DNA of 64,000 bases. Source: Chrysomallon squamiferum (taxonomy: Eukaryota; Animalia; Mollusca). Location of the stretch: assembly GCA_012295275.1 (NCBI GenBank), contig CM022667.1:6758001-6822000 (forward strand), written 5' to 3'. Of the stretch, positions 13,013 through 27,788 are shown one piece after another. Under the pieces are notes generated by a model. It was not told the DNA's origin and made no database searches. It worked only from the letters and a program-made list of their open reading frames with translations. Each line of letters starts with the position of its first letter. The first letter of the stretch is position 1. A program made the position numbers and the translations under genes.

Positions 13013-14435
13013 GCAAAATAAATAAATTCAAATAATAATATTAATAATTATAAATAAATATATAATAATAATTAAAAAAAAACAATAGAGAAATCGAAAT
13101 GGATCAGTGTGATGGTAGATAAAACCTTGTACATCGATGTGGGATAACAAAAACTAAGGATTTATAATTATCACAACTTTTATCGTTGTTATTTTTTTCG
13201 ACAAACTCCTACTTTGTGTTTTTTTCACAAGCATTTAGTATAACATCAAGTTGATCGACTTTACTATAACATCAAGCTGATCGACTTTACTATAACATCA
13301 AGGTGATCGAAATTCTTACGTCAAAACAAAAGCGAAAACTTTAGTTCGACGACTGACACGAGAATTTCGATGCAGTTACGTTTAATAGTCATAATTTGTA
13401 AAAACTCGATAGTTACATTTATTTTATTTACACATTCATTGTAAAATGTTAAAACAAACCTGAAAGAAAAATAAATTCAAAGTTTCATTTAAAAGAAATA
13501 CCTACTGCATCTAACTAATGAGGAAACTTTATAAATAAAACCTTCCTGGTTGGACTAGTTACTTCCCTTCGTTGATCTTACATACTAGTTAAATATATTA
13601 CTGAAAGTAATATGTAGTAAAATGAAACCGAGGTCAGCGCATGTTATCCACAATAAAATAAATATTCAAACTTCGCCATTATTTTCATTTTCGTCACTAA
13701 TAGAATACTGGAAAAACTATCACATTTAATTGTAAGAAGTAATTTAATTTAAATAAATTATTTATTAACAAATTACAATAAACAGTAGATTTTACACTGC
13801 CTGTGATAGGTCTGTTAATGGAGTATTATGTAAATTACATGAAAAATAAACTAAAAAGGAGCACAAATAAAAAAGATACACACTTGAATTTACTAGATTT
13901 TTTTATTTTTCCAAAATTAAATACATGTATATACACACACATAACCATATGTTGAAACACAGTAAACAACTCACACACACACAGTACTATACATGATAAT
14001 AATAATAAAAAGAAAATTAAAAAACATATTGCTATGAAACAGATTGGGTATTCAGTGTGCTGTTTAGAAAATGTAATAATTCGATGTATTTAACTTCAAA
14101 TACTTGCATATTTTTAATTATATTTCTTTCATTTTTCAATTATTTAAACATTTTCTAGATTTTGTATTTTTTTTACTGTCATTTTATAAATTTATTTGTT
14201 CATCTTCAAATAAACACAAAAAATAACCTAAAATCTACAAATAATGATAAATGCCAACATAAGGCAATACTGATCACAGTATAAGAAGTGTAAAAACAAA
14301 ATAAAATAAATAATAAAACAAAATGTCCAGAAAGTCTGCAATCAGTTATGAGATTAGTAGTATTCTGTATTTACATCATCCTCACTCAAAATTAAACTGA
14401 GTGAAACAAAATGAAAAGAAAAACCAGCTGACTAT

Positions 14436-16890
14436 TTATGGACGAATCTTCACATCAACTTCAGCACAGAGAAAAACATCTGACTTGTCATCAAGAACTT
14501 TCATTAGAAGTTTGTAAGTTGCCTGAAAAAATTAGAAAAAAGTTAACCAACAGTTAATTTAAAAATTCAGTATATTCTGTTTAACAAGTAATTAATTTAT
14601 ATATGTATATTTATATTTGTGTTTATGTGCGTTTCCTATTCAGTACATTTATTATATATAATCTTATCCAAGTTATATAAAGTTGCATAAAATTTTGTTT
14701 CTTTACACAACCAAGAATCATTAAAAAAAGTTAAAAAAATACAAAATATCAGTTATTCCTAAATAATATGATTAAAAATTAAATCTATCAGTTATTCTTA
14801 AATAACATGATTCAAAATTAAATCTATCAGTTATTCCTAAGTAACATGATTCAAATTAAATCTATCAGTTATTCCTAAGTAACATGATTCAAATTAAATC
14901 TATCAGTTATTCCTAACAGAGAGCTAACACAGCAAAAACAACAATAATAATTAAAATGACTGCTAAATTTAAAAAGTTTAAAAAGAAACATTTCACAAGT
15001 AAAACCATTAGCTTTTTGCTGTATTATTTCATTCCAATTTAAGAAAAAATTAATGTATGTTGTTTACAAAATAAAAAATAATAAATAAAGAAAATATAAA
15101 CTTACAGGTGGAATCATACCCATATTACTGAAAGTGTATTTGTCAACAATCTTCTCTGAAACAACAAAAGACAATTTATTATTACTCAGAGAAAGTTTAA
15201 AACGCTTTGTCTTAAAAGTATATTAAAACCATTTTATGAAAAATCCAACAGCAAGCATTGTTATAAACTGCCAACTGAATGTTCTGATTATACCAGCCAC
15301 TCTTTCATTCCAATAAAGTGTGATGTTAGTATAACAATATGATTTTTGAAGATGCTTGAATATTCAATAAAAAATATGTAAGTAAATAAATAAAACAAAA
15401 AAACATAAGACCAAAACAAGAATAATGATAAAAATAATTACAAAAATAATAAAACATTGACTAGCACACACATACACTTTTATTAATAATAAAGATTGGA
15501 AATAATAGATTTTAAATTAGTAAATTATCAAGTGTTCATTTCATTCATCTTTGAGCCCATCAGTAAAGTCATTCTTTAAACCTGAATATTCTTCATGTTA
15601 ATGAATTAAAAAAAGTCAGATTGGTGTAAATATGTATTTTATTAGTATTGTTTTATGTCTCACTCACTCTGTGCAAGCCTGGTTTTCTGAAATCAAACAA
15701 GAAAAAGAGGAAATACTCACGTCCTTTGCTAAAGGGGCATGTCAAACCAATCTTTGCAGATGTTGCACAAAAATCAAGTTGATCTTTTAATATTAGTGTT
15801 TCTTCCATGAATACTGAGAGTTGAAGTGAACCTTTTTCAAAGTTTTGTGCTGACAAAAAAAAAATAATAATAATAACAATAATCATAATAAAGAAAAGGT
15901 AATAAATAAATAAAACAATTTTTAAACAAGAAATATAATCCAATTGTTAAATAAATAATATTAATTATAATGAAAATTAACACCATAGTTAAACTACTAT
16001 AAGAAACTGAATGAAAACTTGTTACTTACGAGAAACCATGTTGAAGTTGATCTTGACGTTGTCTTTTATTTCTGGCTCTTTGGGGTCCCAGGTAAGTGTG
16101 AAGTTGTGACTCGGAGGTCCTGAAAATAAACTTGCTGTTTGTATAAAACTGACAACATTTCTCTTTTCCTTATCAACATGGCAAAAATACAGAGATCAAA
16201 CCCAGACTGCAGAAGAAAAATAAAAAGATGTTATCAGGAAACTTTTCATTATTAATAAAAAACACAATAAATAAATAAATAAATAAAATAATAATGTAAT
16301 AACAACAATAAATAAATCTCATAGTGCTGAAGAAAAAGATACAGTCTCACAACAATAAATCAATAAATTAATAATTGATTAAATGAAGAGGTAACTTTTA
16401 GAAAATAATAAAACATGTCTGACAACCCAACACTCATCAGTAGTAAAAGATATGAGTCCTTTTTTATCACAAAAAACATATCAAACACCATTTGACAAAA
16501 AAGAGCATTTTTCTGCATGACGTTTGTAAGTTGTGTACACATTGTTGCGATTGTATCGTTGTATGTTTACGTTTGCCCATGTGTGCGTCTGCTAATAACA
16601 ACTCTTTTCCCTGTACTCTTACCACAGTTTACTGCATGACCTGGTTCAGCTGAGACACCTGAAGATGTCTGAAGCATTCCAACACGCAGAATATTTTTCA
16701 AAAAGTTAGCTTCTTTGTTTACACTGTTCTCAATGGAGTGATGTGCATTCGACATTATATCAATGATTTTCCTTGGTTCTTCATTTTTGATCATGTGGTG
16801 TACAAGATCAGGTAGTTGGTTCAGCCTCCAGAAAGCCTCAGAGATGGACAAACACGCCAGAAACACAAAACTGAGAAGAATCTTTGACAT
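14436..16890 (-). CDS. Secreted ML-domain (NPC2/MD-2-like) protein, paralog B (B2), 207 aa
   Basis: Exons 16890-16623, 16119-16030, 15849-15721, 15155-15106, 14522-14436 (624 nt, TAA). Exon 2-5 sizes are identical to the A genes (90/129/50/87). HAVNCGPPSHNFTLTWDPKEP...LDFCATSAKIGLTCPFSKG...YKLLMKVLDDKSDVFLCAEVDV. Confidence 0.85.
14747..14915. repeat. ~39-bp intronic tandem repeat (4+ copies)
   Basis: TATCAGTTATTCCTAA(A/G)TAACATGATTCAAATTAAATC repeated. Confidence 0.9.
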
Positions 16891-17149
16891 TTTTTCCCTG
16901 GAAACTGTTGTATGCAGATAAAACTGATGTTATCTACAAAGAAGAAAAGATCATAAATAAATAAATAAATAAATAAATAAATTTATAATGAATATAAAAA
17001 TGAAAAATAATGATAAAAAACACCTCCTAAAACATTCCTATTTCAACAAACTATTATATGTTTTCATTTCTTATTTCATTATAGTCTGTCTGGAATGTTA
17101 CATTTGTTAATATTACTCATATGATTTAATCAATAGTTAGATGTAGTGT

Positions 17150-17620
17150 TACAAAATGTAATCACTGACCAACAAATATTCGTAAAAACATCCGGAAGTG
17201 ATCGTGAATAGAGCAACATCACACTGTAGCTCGTGACATTCGTCTATTGTTACATAACGTCGTGACTGTACAACGAACCTTATACTATTTAAATATCAAT
17301 TACATATATCATGTTTAGGAAAAAGTCACGACTTTTCATATATATCTTTTTAAAAAGTTATTTACAGTAATTCTAAACGAAACAAATAGATAACATGTGC
17401 ATCATGACGCAACAAGAAAGCAAGGAAGTATAAAAGTAACAGATTTAAAATTGCATCACCAAACCTTGTTACACTTTCAACTTTGTGACAATTTCTTGAA
17501 AGATGGATCCGTTTCAGGAGTTATTTCCCCTTACATAACAAAACTTTAGAGTTATTCTTCCTTAGTCAACCCAAAAGCGAAACTATGATTTCGTGCAATA
17601 TTTAGATTAATTAACGACAA
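17150..17620. promoter_or_regulatory. Probable bidirectional promoter shared by ML-B and SPIDR
   Basis: Divergent ATGs at 16890 (-) and 17623 (+); CpG-richer patch with ETS/GABP-type CCGGAAGTG at 17192-17200. Confidence 0.55.
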
Positions 17621-17622
17621 TC

Positions 17623-17905
17623 ATGCTAAAAAACAATAAACTTTCAAAGCATCGCATCTGTAAACCAGTTAAACGAAAGGTCGGCCTTTGTTTTCTTGTT
17701 AATCTAATTTTAGTACTTTCAAGTGATCTTTTTTTTTGAAAAAAGTGTTTTTAATTCCAAGGATCTGATAAAACTGCTTTTAATTTTAATTTTAATTTTA
17801 ATTTATTGTTAAAGCGGAGGATATACAGTGATTATTTCCAGTTCAAATAAATAACATTTTACTTCATTAATATATTCCATTACACAGATAGCAAAGAAAG
17901 TATTA

Positions 17906-17956
<51 letters not shown>

Positions 17957-20078
17957 CATAAGTAAAAAATTATTATTATATTTTATTAGATTGAAAATAA
18001 CATAGTTATGAGGTGTAAAATGTTCTCTAGATATCTTTAAGCAGTCTACTTATAAACAAAAAAAAAAAAAAAAAAAAAAAAGATGCTGAAATGTTATTAG
18101 CATGCAGAATATGACTGACAAATCAAATAAAAATAAAAATGTATTTTCAGTTAGAAGACTTGTCCACAAACCGGCCTGTGAAGAGAATAAATTTTACATC
18201 AGATGAATGGAAACGATGTGGTGAAGGTTTTGAGTCTGACGAAGTGAGACGTGTTGATGAAAAGAAGAAAGTAGTTCCCTCACTTGATGCTTTCAGCATA
18301 AAAAGTAGTTTTGACTCTTTGCCTGACAAGTCAACAAGAAAATCAGAAAGTAAGAAAAAATATTTTTAATAGAGATTATGTAATAGAGATCATGTAATTC
18401 GGATTAGTTAATGCTTTCAAACACACTGGTCTTACTGTAGCTCACAGTACACCTATACTGGACATACTGGGTTTGAACAAAAATTCTAAGTGTTTTTTAA
18501 GTGATTTTATGTGTTATTTTGTTTCACTACGTTTTGTTCTTTGAGCCAGTTTCATGTTTCCATTTTCCCAGAGCTTCACATCTTTCTGTATTGTAAACTG
18601 TACTAAACACTACAAACTTTTGTTCCAGCACAGTACACTGCAGTCATATTTTTGTCTGAGTAACAATGTTAGTAAGTTAGTGTGTTAGAAGAGAGGAGGG
18701 TGCAGGTTTTGTTTCTGTATTCACACCTTCCACTAATCAGTGATATTCTAACAGAGTTAATGTGTTATAAACATACAGTTAAATCTTGATGTTAGTCTCT
18801 ACACAGATAAGATCCAAGTATCTGTCACTTGTGAGCCCACTACATCACTGCTATGTTAATTTTGTTCTTTCCTTTAATTATAATACAGTTTAAATAAAGT
18901 AATTAAATATTTTAAAATTTGTTTTTGGATGTTGCATTATTTACTCTCATTTAAATATGTATATATATATATATATATTATAATTTATAAAATTTTCTAA
19001 ATGTGATAAAACTTAGAAATAAGCCATTACATAAATATAGTAAGCTTAATTTTATTTATTCATTTCATTTCATTTTATTACTTTATTTTATTTTAGTATA
19101 TTTGTTTTATTTATTGTATTTTATTTAAATTTAAATTATTTTATTTTGTAATTAGATATAATTGTATTTAATTCAAATTAATCTTAGTATTTCTATTTTA
19201 GGTCCTGTTGCTGAGATTCTGTGGGATTCTAGTGACAGTGAAGATGATAACAAATTGTTGTGTAACAGTGTTGCAGATTCTAGTAGAATTTTGAATACTG
19301 AAAAAAAATCTTTGCTACCAAAACCTGAAGTCCATCAACGTAAAAACATCAAGAAACATGTTAAAAATGTAAAATGTGTAAATCAGAAGAAGAAGCTAAA
19401 ACAAAGCTGGACAGAAGTAGAAAAGAGTGAAGATATTGTTATTTCTTCAAGTGATTCAGAATGTGAAAAATCCAGTCTTGAAATATGTAAACCTGATCAA
19501 AGTGATTTCCTCTCAGAGGTGGGTTTATTTATCTCAAATATATTTTAAAAATTTTCTATATTTAATTATTTTTTCATTAGTTGTAAAAAAAATCCATATA
19601 TTAAACCTTTTAATTCAGACTACTTTCATTACTGTCAAAAAAATAATATCACTGTTTGTTATTTTACTGTGTAGATTTAACAGAATTTATTGTATATTAT
19701 AAACTGATTAAGTTATTATTATCATTAAATTATTATCTGTCAGACTTAGGGATGATTGTTTTAATGATTATGATGATGAAAAATATGATGAACATTTATT
19801 TTGAAGATTATTAAATTTACATTTATAGATGTTTCCATTTGTTCTGTTTTCAGATAGATGATACAGAGGAATTTTATTCACCTTTATTGAAAAAAGAAAA
19901 AGATTCAAACCCAGAGAAACAGAATTCCGTGAGTAAACTGATTCATTTTACCAACTTTTTTTATTCATTTAAAGAATCTGTTTTAGTAAACAGACTATTC
20001 AGTTAATTAAATAATTTGATTATTTATTTATTTTAAATATTAGAAAAATGTGATAGCATTATTAATATTTATAATATG

Positions 20079-20126
<48 letters not shown>

Positions 20127-21616
20127 ATTATTATTGTAGTTATTATTGTTTTTAATATTATTTTTAATAGTATTTTTATTTATGTTTTTGTTGTTTTTAT
20201 TGTTATGATCAACAGAGTTGTGGAAATTCCCCTATAATTCAAAGTTGTCAATCAAGCCAATCAACCAATAGCACATCACCATCTACAGGACTGAAAGCCA
20301 GTGATTGGATAAAAAATGTACAATGGGAGACAACTCCAGTAAAGGCGAAAGTATCAGATGATGCTGAACTTGATTCTGCTAAGAAGAAAAAATTGAAGTT
20401 TAAGAAGTGAGAGAGACATTGATTAGTAATGTAGACAACTGACATAGATTTTAGTGTTCATTAACATTTTATAATTCAGCTACAAGAGTATATTCTGACT
20501 GTCTGATGAAAGAGAAAATTACATAACAGTAATAAAACAAACAGAAAATGATGCACATCAGATAACACAAACAATTAACTCTTAATCGGTAATTTAAATC
20601 TGCAAAATCTTATTAGTGTGTAAAATATAATTTCAGACAAGGTAAATTTTTTGAGATCTTACATTTAATCCTGGCAGTTAGGTATAAATTTTGTGATTTA
20701 AACAGATATCATGAATGATGTGTGTGTGTAAAATAGATGTCTGTTTACAGGGGAGGGTTTGCAGAACAGCTGTTTCGTCTTCAGAACAGAGAAAAGTCGT
20801 CAGTTCGAATGTGGTCACATGAACGAGATGAAACATCATCTTCTTCTTGTTAGTAACTTTTATGATCATATGAAATAAATATTAATAATTTTTATTTATT
20901 TTAAAAGAAAAAAACAACATTAAAAATAACTAAGAACACCTAGATAACAAGTTCAATCCACCTAAATGTTCTCAGTAGGCTTATTCCCATTTTAACTTTT
21001 ACATTATATTTACTGTGATTAATGTTTATAGTATGTACTTTCATGACAAAGGGAAAAGCATGTGGAAAATAAACTGAATGTTTCTTGGTATGTAATAGAA
21101 GTGGTTCAATGCGTTTTGACAGAAATGTTTTCACATTTTAACTGACGTCGATGTCACAGAGTATTGTAAGAAATCTTACGTTCATACTTAATGACCATTA
21201 AAAAACAAATACACTCAAGCATTGCTTCGCTTTTGTTAATTTTATTTTATACATTTTTAAAATCTTTTTCTACTTCATTGTTATTATTTTTTGCTTATTT
21301 GTTGATTTTATATTAGATCAAATAATATCAGATGTATACAGTATGAGAAATGCATTTAAGTTTTTCTTTTTGCAGCAACTTCATCAAAATCGATCTCACT
21401 TCGTGTTGACAGGTTTGAAGTACTTTTCTCCTTACAACTTGCTTTTTGTTCTGTGATCAACTCAAAACTGAGTTCAGATACGGGAGATAACTGTAGAGAG
21501 GTTTATGTTTTGTTTACAAAACAGTTGATGGAGCAATTACAGATCCAAGTTGGAACTACTGTTAGAATAAATCCTCCATGGTAAATGTTTTTTAAACTAT
21601 TATTCTTAACTTTTAT

Positions 21617-21649
<33 letters not shown>

Positions 21650-24600
21650 ATACTAGAATGATATAGTACATGAATGTGCCCAGTAATAAAATATATCAAA
21701 CATATAATAGTTTAATTATGACTATTCATTCTGTTACAGGCAGCAGCTGGATGGTCTGTATGGATACCCAAGTATTTTGCTTTGTGCAAACTACACTAGA
21801 GTTATCTCCCAGCCAGACTGTGCTGCCCCACCCTGTGTAGTAGAGAACAAAGTGAGACACACCCACCTACACTGGAACTGTCCTTGTTTGACTGGTGAGC
21901 TGTAACCTGTAAAAAACTTTCAACTAATTAATAATGTGTGTGATAATTTTGTTACTGTTAACTCCGTAAAGCAGATTTACTCCATTGCCTTAAAACAAAT
22001 CTGCTCATTGTGAGGTGAGAAACAGACACACCCACTAGGTGCTTCTGTGTGTGAGACAGCAGTCCTGCTACTGGAGTTGCTGGTTTTGCCTGGAGCTGTT
22101 TTTATTTATCCACTGAAAGAGTTCAGTCTTCTTTTTTCATAATTGTAACAAAAACTACTAACATACAGTAAATAGCTGCATAATCTGCATTTATAGTCAT
22201 AGATTATTAGTTTTAGTTAATGTTTATACAACACATATTTACACATATGATTTATTACTTTTCAGTCAGACAGAAAGCTTTCTTATAAATTAATGTATTT
22301 ATTTGTTTATTGCTTACTCTAAACACCAGACCATTTTTTCTGTAAAATTTCCTTTTCAGATCTGTTAATGAATCAGATACATTGCCCTGCTCAAGAATTC
22401 CCAGTTATGCCTTCAACTCTTAAATATGTAAGCTAATTGTTTAATATAATTTATATATTTATATAATTCATTTAACATGATCAAAATTTGTAACAGTAAT
22501 AACAAAAAAACAAACAAATAAAGGTAGTAATAATAAAAAGAGTAATGAAATAATAAAATAATTTTTATATATAAAAAAAAAAGAAGAAAGTCTCACCATT
22601 TTCTTCAAATTTTATTTTCATGAATATGTTCATTTTTTTATATTATTTTCAGTTATGTTATTTGTTTAAATTCTTTTAATTAGTTAATTTAAATTTCATC
22701 TTCAGCATCAGAGTGGCAGTACAGATGTAAAAGCTGTACACACGTCATTTCACACAGTAACTGCCAGCCAGAGATGTGTGAAGTCAACATCTCTGTTAGA
22801 AAGTATAGAAACTGCTGGACCACACTCACTCAGACACCTCTCTTTTACAGCCACCGTTCACAGAGTGTTCTGTCACCATGACAACCAGACAAAAAGGTAA
22901 ACTACAAATTAAGAATTAAAAACAGTTTGTTACTTACTATGATGGGTGAAAATGTTATAATTTAGTTTTTATTTTAATAAATAATGCAACATAATTAGTC
23001 TGTTGTATTAGAGAATTTTATCAGACTGTATAGTCAACTATTCTGTGAAACTGTGTATGGGAAGGTTTAGATAAAAGAGCTGGTATTGCTGATTAATGCA
23101 ACACAGAACACTTATACAAAAAGATGTTTCACAAGCATTTAACTTTTGCTTAAGAAAACCTATTAAAATGTTAAATATTTCTTTCTGTTTTCTTTTCTTT
23201 TTAAACTTCAGGTTTTCACTTCTTGTACAAGATGATCATGGAACTGTAGCAGTTGTTGCAGTCCCTGGTAGCCATGGCAACCAGGACATGTGGAAGCTGG
23301 AAGGACGGACTGCTTGTTTTTCAGGATTGCTGGTTGACAGAAGAACAAATCGTGACAAGTAAGATTTTCTGCAGGTTGCGTAGTTAGTAGAGGATTTTGA
23401 TTTTTACTAATATTTTTATATCAATGCAAGAAAAGGGTGAGAGCTGTGCATAATAAAAATGTATTATTAGGTAGTAAGTATAACATTATATTTATTTTAT
23501 TTTATTTACTTTTTTTAAATTATTTCAGAGATCCTAGTTTGTTTTCTGTGATTGATGAGGTTTGGTCTGTGACAAACACAACACAAGAAAGTCAAGAAAA
23601 TGAATCATCAGAAGAAAAGACTTCATTACAGGTTTCTCATTTTGTTTCTCTTTGTGTGTCTGTGTAGAGTACTGGGGTAAAACTTGGCATTTACAGGTTG
23701 CCCAATTAAATGAAAACTAACTGCCTGTTTTCAGCCTCAGCCTAGGGTGCCTACAAAATCTTCATCTGGTTTGCATTTGTATAAACATTAAATATATTTC
23801 ATTTATAACATATTGAAATTTAACATCTTGTTTCTGATCATAGCTAAATATTCAAACATATTTATCTTTAAATACAAAAAAAAAAAAAAAAAAAACATTA
23901 CTGACATAAATGTTGAATTAGTAACATATTGTGAGATGAACTATAAAATTATGCTACATAAATCTGTCACAGATTGACACTTATTTAATATTTTAATGAC
24001 AAAAAAAAAAAAAAAAAGATTTTATTTAATATTTAAAAGCTTAGATTTAACTTTCAGACACACACGAATCCCACACCTCCAGGTTTCTGTTACAGCTTGA
24101 GATCAGAAGATGAGTTTTTCTCAGTTGACACATACCACGAAGTTTCACCTTGTTACAGAAACACTCAGTTTTCTACTCTGAAATCTCTGACTGAGGTAAA
24201 GTTTTCTTTGTAGCAAACAGTTATAGTTTAGTGGTTAGAGTGGTTGACTGATGTGTGATAGGTTCTGGGATCAGTTCTTTGGAGACTACTGTATTAACAT
24301 TTTGCACACTTTTTTTCCTGTTAGGTATTTTCCTGCCATGGGAAGGCAAATAAGAAATTATTTGCTACTAATTGTTAAGGGTAGTCCACTCCCTGATATA
24401 CTTCCTCTGATGTAAACATATCAGTAACAAGAAATAATAAAAATATATTAATTTTTCCTTTAAACCAAGTCTGTGAGAGGATATATATAGATATGACTGT
24501 TTTCTGTGAAAAGGAATCAGAAAAACAGGTATTTTCAGATTACATTCGTTAGAGAAAATAATTCAGTAAAATATTTTTTATATGAAAAAAAAACAAACTT

Positions 24601-27600
24601 TTATTTATTTTCTACCTGCAAAGAAGGAACATAATTTGTTTAACACTTTATTTGCAAAACACCTGACATTTTGATGAGAATAAAGTAGTGAGAAATACTA
24701 AATACTTCTGAAATTCAAGAAACTGATTAACTTTAAGCCATTATTTCCCTTTCTAACCAGAATAATTATATGGCAGCTACAACAATAACTTCTGATAAAA
24801 AATTTAAAAAATAAAAAAAAAAAAATAATAATAGTAATTTAAAAAAAAGAAAACAGAAAAATGTAGAAGCATAAAGAAAATGTCAAAACAATCTTTACAT
24901 ATTTCATCTGATGTTTTCTTTATTTGCAGTGTTCACATTTAACTCGGAAAAGTTTTCTGGCTAAAGTCATCTTTAGCTACATGTTAAAAGAGGTTTGTTT
25001 GTTTTTAATAACATGGTGTTATCATGAAATAAAGTTTATTTGAACTGTAAATAATAACACAAGAATTATAAAATGTTTTCTTTTGTTTATTTCTGTTGCA
25101 ACCATGGCTATTTTAAATCTTTCAGAGCCTGTTTATAACACCATAATATTATAATATTTATTATTCAAAATAAAATAAAAACTAAAATTGCCACTAGCCT
25201 AAAATCATTTTCATTTCCTTTGTAGTATGCAGCAACAAATTCAAAGTTTCCAGTGGAAGGGAAACAACTGTTGTACCTAACAGACAAGTCTATACAGGAT
25301 GAGTCTTGTACTTACATTGTACTAACTGTTGGTGACAGCAGCTGTGTAATGGAAAGTTTAAAAAACACAACAAAACTTTTCTTCTTCCGTGATGTGATGG
25401 TTGAGGATGGTAAATATTTTGTAGTTAATCAAATCAGAATGTTTTCTTACTCTCTCTTCCTGTCTGCTTTTAATAATCATTTAGAATTGTTTATACTTTT
25501 GTGTTTAGTTGTCTGTTGTAAACTTATTTTGTTTTGTATTATGTGCACTTCTAATTACTGCTTTATTTATTTATTATTAACCATTCACCACTGAGATGTA
25601 TTGTCAAACATTTTAACTATGGTAGAAGTAGACATTCTGAACCAGTGAAAACACACCAAAGATTTTGTATACCTCACTATGGACATAATAATCCATGTAT
25701 ATTTAAACATTTTCAGCTATTTTCTTACTCACACTACATTTCCAATCTGTTTCTCATAGCTTGTGATGTAACTGATAATAGCAAATAACAGACTGGCAGC
25801 AATATTGAGTAATTTACTTAGTAATAATTGTAATAAAGCAATGACTTAAAATAATACATTGACACAGATGTTTATGTTAGCTGTTATTATATCTTTTTTA
25901 TCTTTGAGGAAAGTGTCAGATAGACAGATATACAGACATATTTGATGTGCAGAGTGAGAGATTCATTGACAGAAACTTCACATCTGAAACTTTACAAGAG
26001 TTGAACTGTCTCGATGTCAGATTGCCACAAATATCAAACATGAGTACAGAACTCTCTCTAGTGACTATTACAGGTAATGTTAACTAACAGGTTAGTAATT
26101 AGAACTAGTTAACTAATTACAATAAATACACTACTCAATGACCTAGTTAAAATTATAGGTAAGATATAGGGTTTTTTACATATAAGGAGACATAATTTTT
26201 GGAATATTTGATATATGTAAATATAAGTCTTTCCCCCACCTTTATTTTTAAACCAGTATCTGTATTTCCTTAGAATTAATTTATAATTCAAAATGTGACA
26301 TACATTCATACATATTAATGTAATAAATCATATATAAAACACAGCATGCAAAATGAATATTACAGTATTGTTTTAACATAATGGAAATTATTTTATGAAG
26401 TTTTAGGATTGCTGGCTTTAATTCTTTTTCTTTCCTGTGTAATATTTTCAGGATGTGTTTGTGACGTGGATGATGAAGCATCATACAGCTGGGATGTTTG
26501 TGATCACTGTCACTCTAACAGACTGACAAGAAGTCACATGTAACTTTCAAATGTTATTGTCTAATTGCCTATTCAAAACAGCACTCCTGTAAATGAGGCT
26601 ATCTGATTTTCTTCTTTACTTAGAATCTTGTTAAATGTTTTCCATTCTAAGATATCTTTACATAGAAATCATGTTAGACCGGTCCAATAAAAAAATAATA
26701 ATAAAATATTTTGAGGTGTGTGTGCGTGTGTATTTGTCTGTCTCTGTCTTAACATATCTGATTATGATGAGAAAATAATAATTAAAAATCTTGTTTCAGT
26801 GTAAATATTTGTGTATTTTCAGAGAACTGTTTTGTTTGAAATGTCAGAAACCAGTGACATCTCCAGAGACAAGGATGAAAATGGAGGTGTTTGTAGACAC
26901 CGGTCAGGTTTCTTCTCGGTCTAGACTAAAAGTTGATGTGAGTATTTTTTATTTTGTTAAACTGTGGTTAAATAAATTCAAGACATTATGAACATTTCTC
27001 ATTGTCAATATTTTTTATTCATATATACTGTGACAAACAATAATTTTCTTTTTAGAACTAATTATTGTAAGTCATAGTAATTATAATTATATTTGTGCAC
27101 TTTCTTTATTTCAAAGAAAATTTAAGAAAAAGAAATAAAAGAAGAACATATAATTAAAATAAAACTGAAATAGTTATAATAATAAAACTATTCATTTTAA
27201 GTGAAGAACACAAAATATATTTAACATATTAGTTCATCTCATTAAACACATTTGCCAATTGTTTTTATTTTTTTTTAGTTATTACAGTCAACTATTAAAG
27301 AATTGTTGCCTGTTAGCCAAAATGAAGAGGTAAGTTAAACAACAACAACAATAGTAGTAATAATAATGACAAAAATAACAACATCAGCAACAAGAACAAA
27401 AACAACAACTTAACAATAGTAGTAATAATTAATAATGGAATGAACAGCAATTCTATTTTTATTTCTGTCATATGTAATTATATCTATGATCTTTAAAAAT
27501 AAAACAGACAAAAAGTTCTATTTTAATAATATATGTTAATTTTCATATTCTGGAAATTTTAAAAATTGATAAAGTGGCTAAAGGTGATAGTTGTATTTAC

Positions 27601-27788
27601 CAACTTTTTATTATTATTTATGATTTTATTATGATTATTATTATGATTATTATTATAATTATTTTTTTCAGGGTTACAATATTAACAGTATTTTGATGAA
27701 AGAAGTTGGACTGTTGAGGTGTTTTATTGAAACGATAACAACACAAAACAATCAGATGTTAATATATGCGAAAGAAATTGAGACATGA
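17623..27788 (+). CDS. SPIDR: DNA repair-scaffolding protein SPIDR
   Basis: Twenty phase-consistent exons: 17623-17679, 18151-18349, 19202-19518, 19854-19928, 20216-20406, 20751-20848, 21376-21580, 21740-21894, 22360-22427, 22706-22896, 23212-23358, 23529-23631, 24058-24195, 24930-24992, 25226-25409, 25909-26073, 26452-26539, 26823-26937, 27279-27329, 27672-27788. Recalled SPIDR motifs: EWKRCGEGF, KASDWI, DSAKKKKLKFKKGGFAEQLFRLQNREKSSVRMWSH, VLFTK...TVRINPPWQ, C-terminal Zn-ribbon OB region (DDEASYSWDVCDHC...CLKCQKPVTSP), GYNINSILMKEVGLLRCFI. AATAAA at ~27815. Confidence 0.9.

Noticed and set aside
1-17043. ML duplication as an uncollapsed haplotype (false duplication)
   Set aside because: About 21 aa differences between A1 and A2, differently homogenised satellites and a 2.3-kb deletion favour a real paralog. 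It cannot be fully excluded without read depth.
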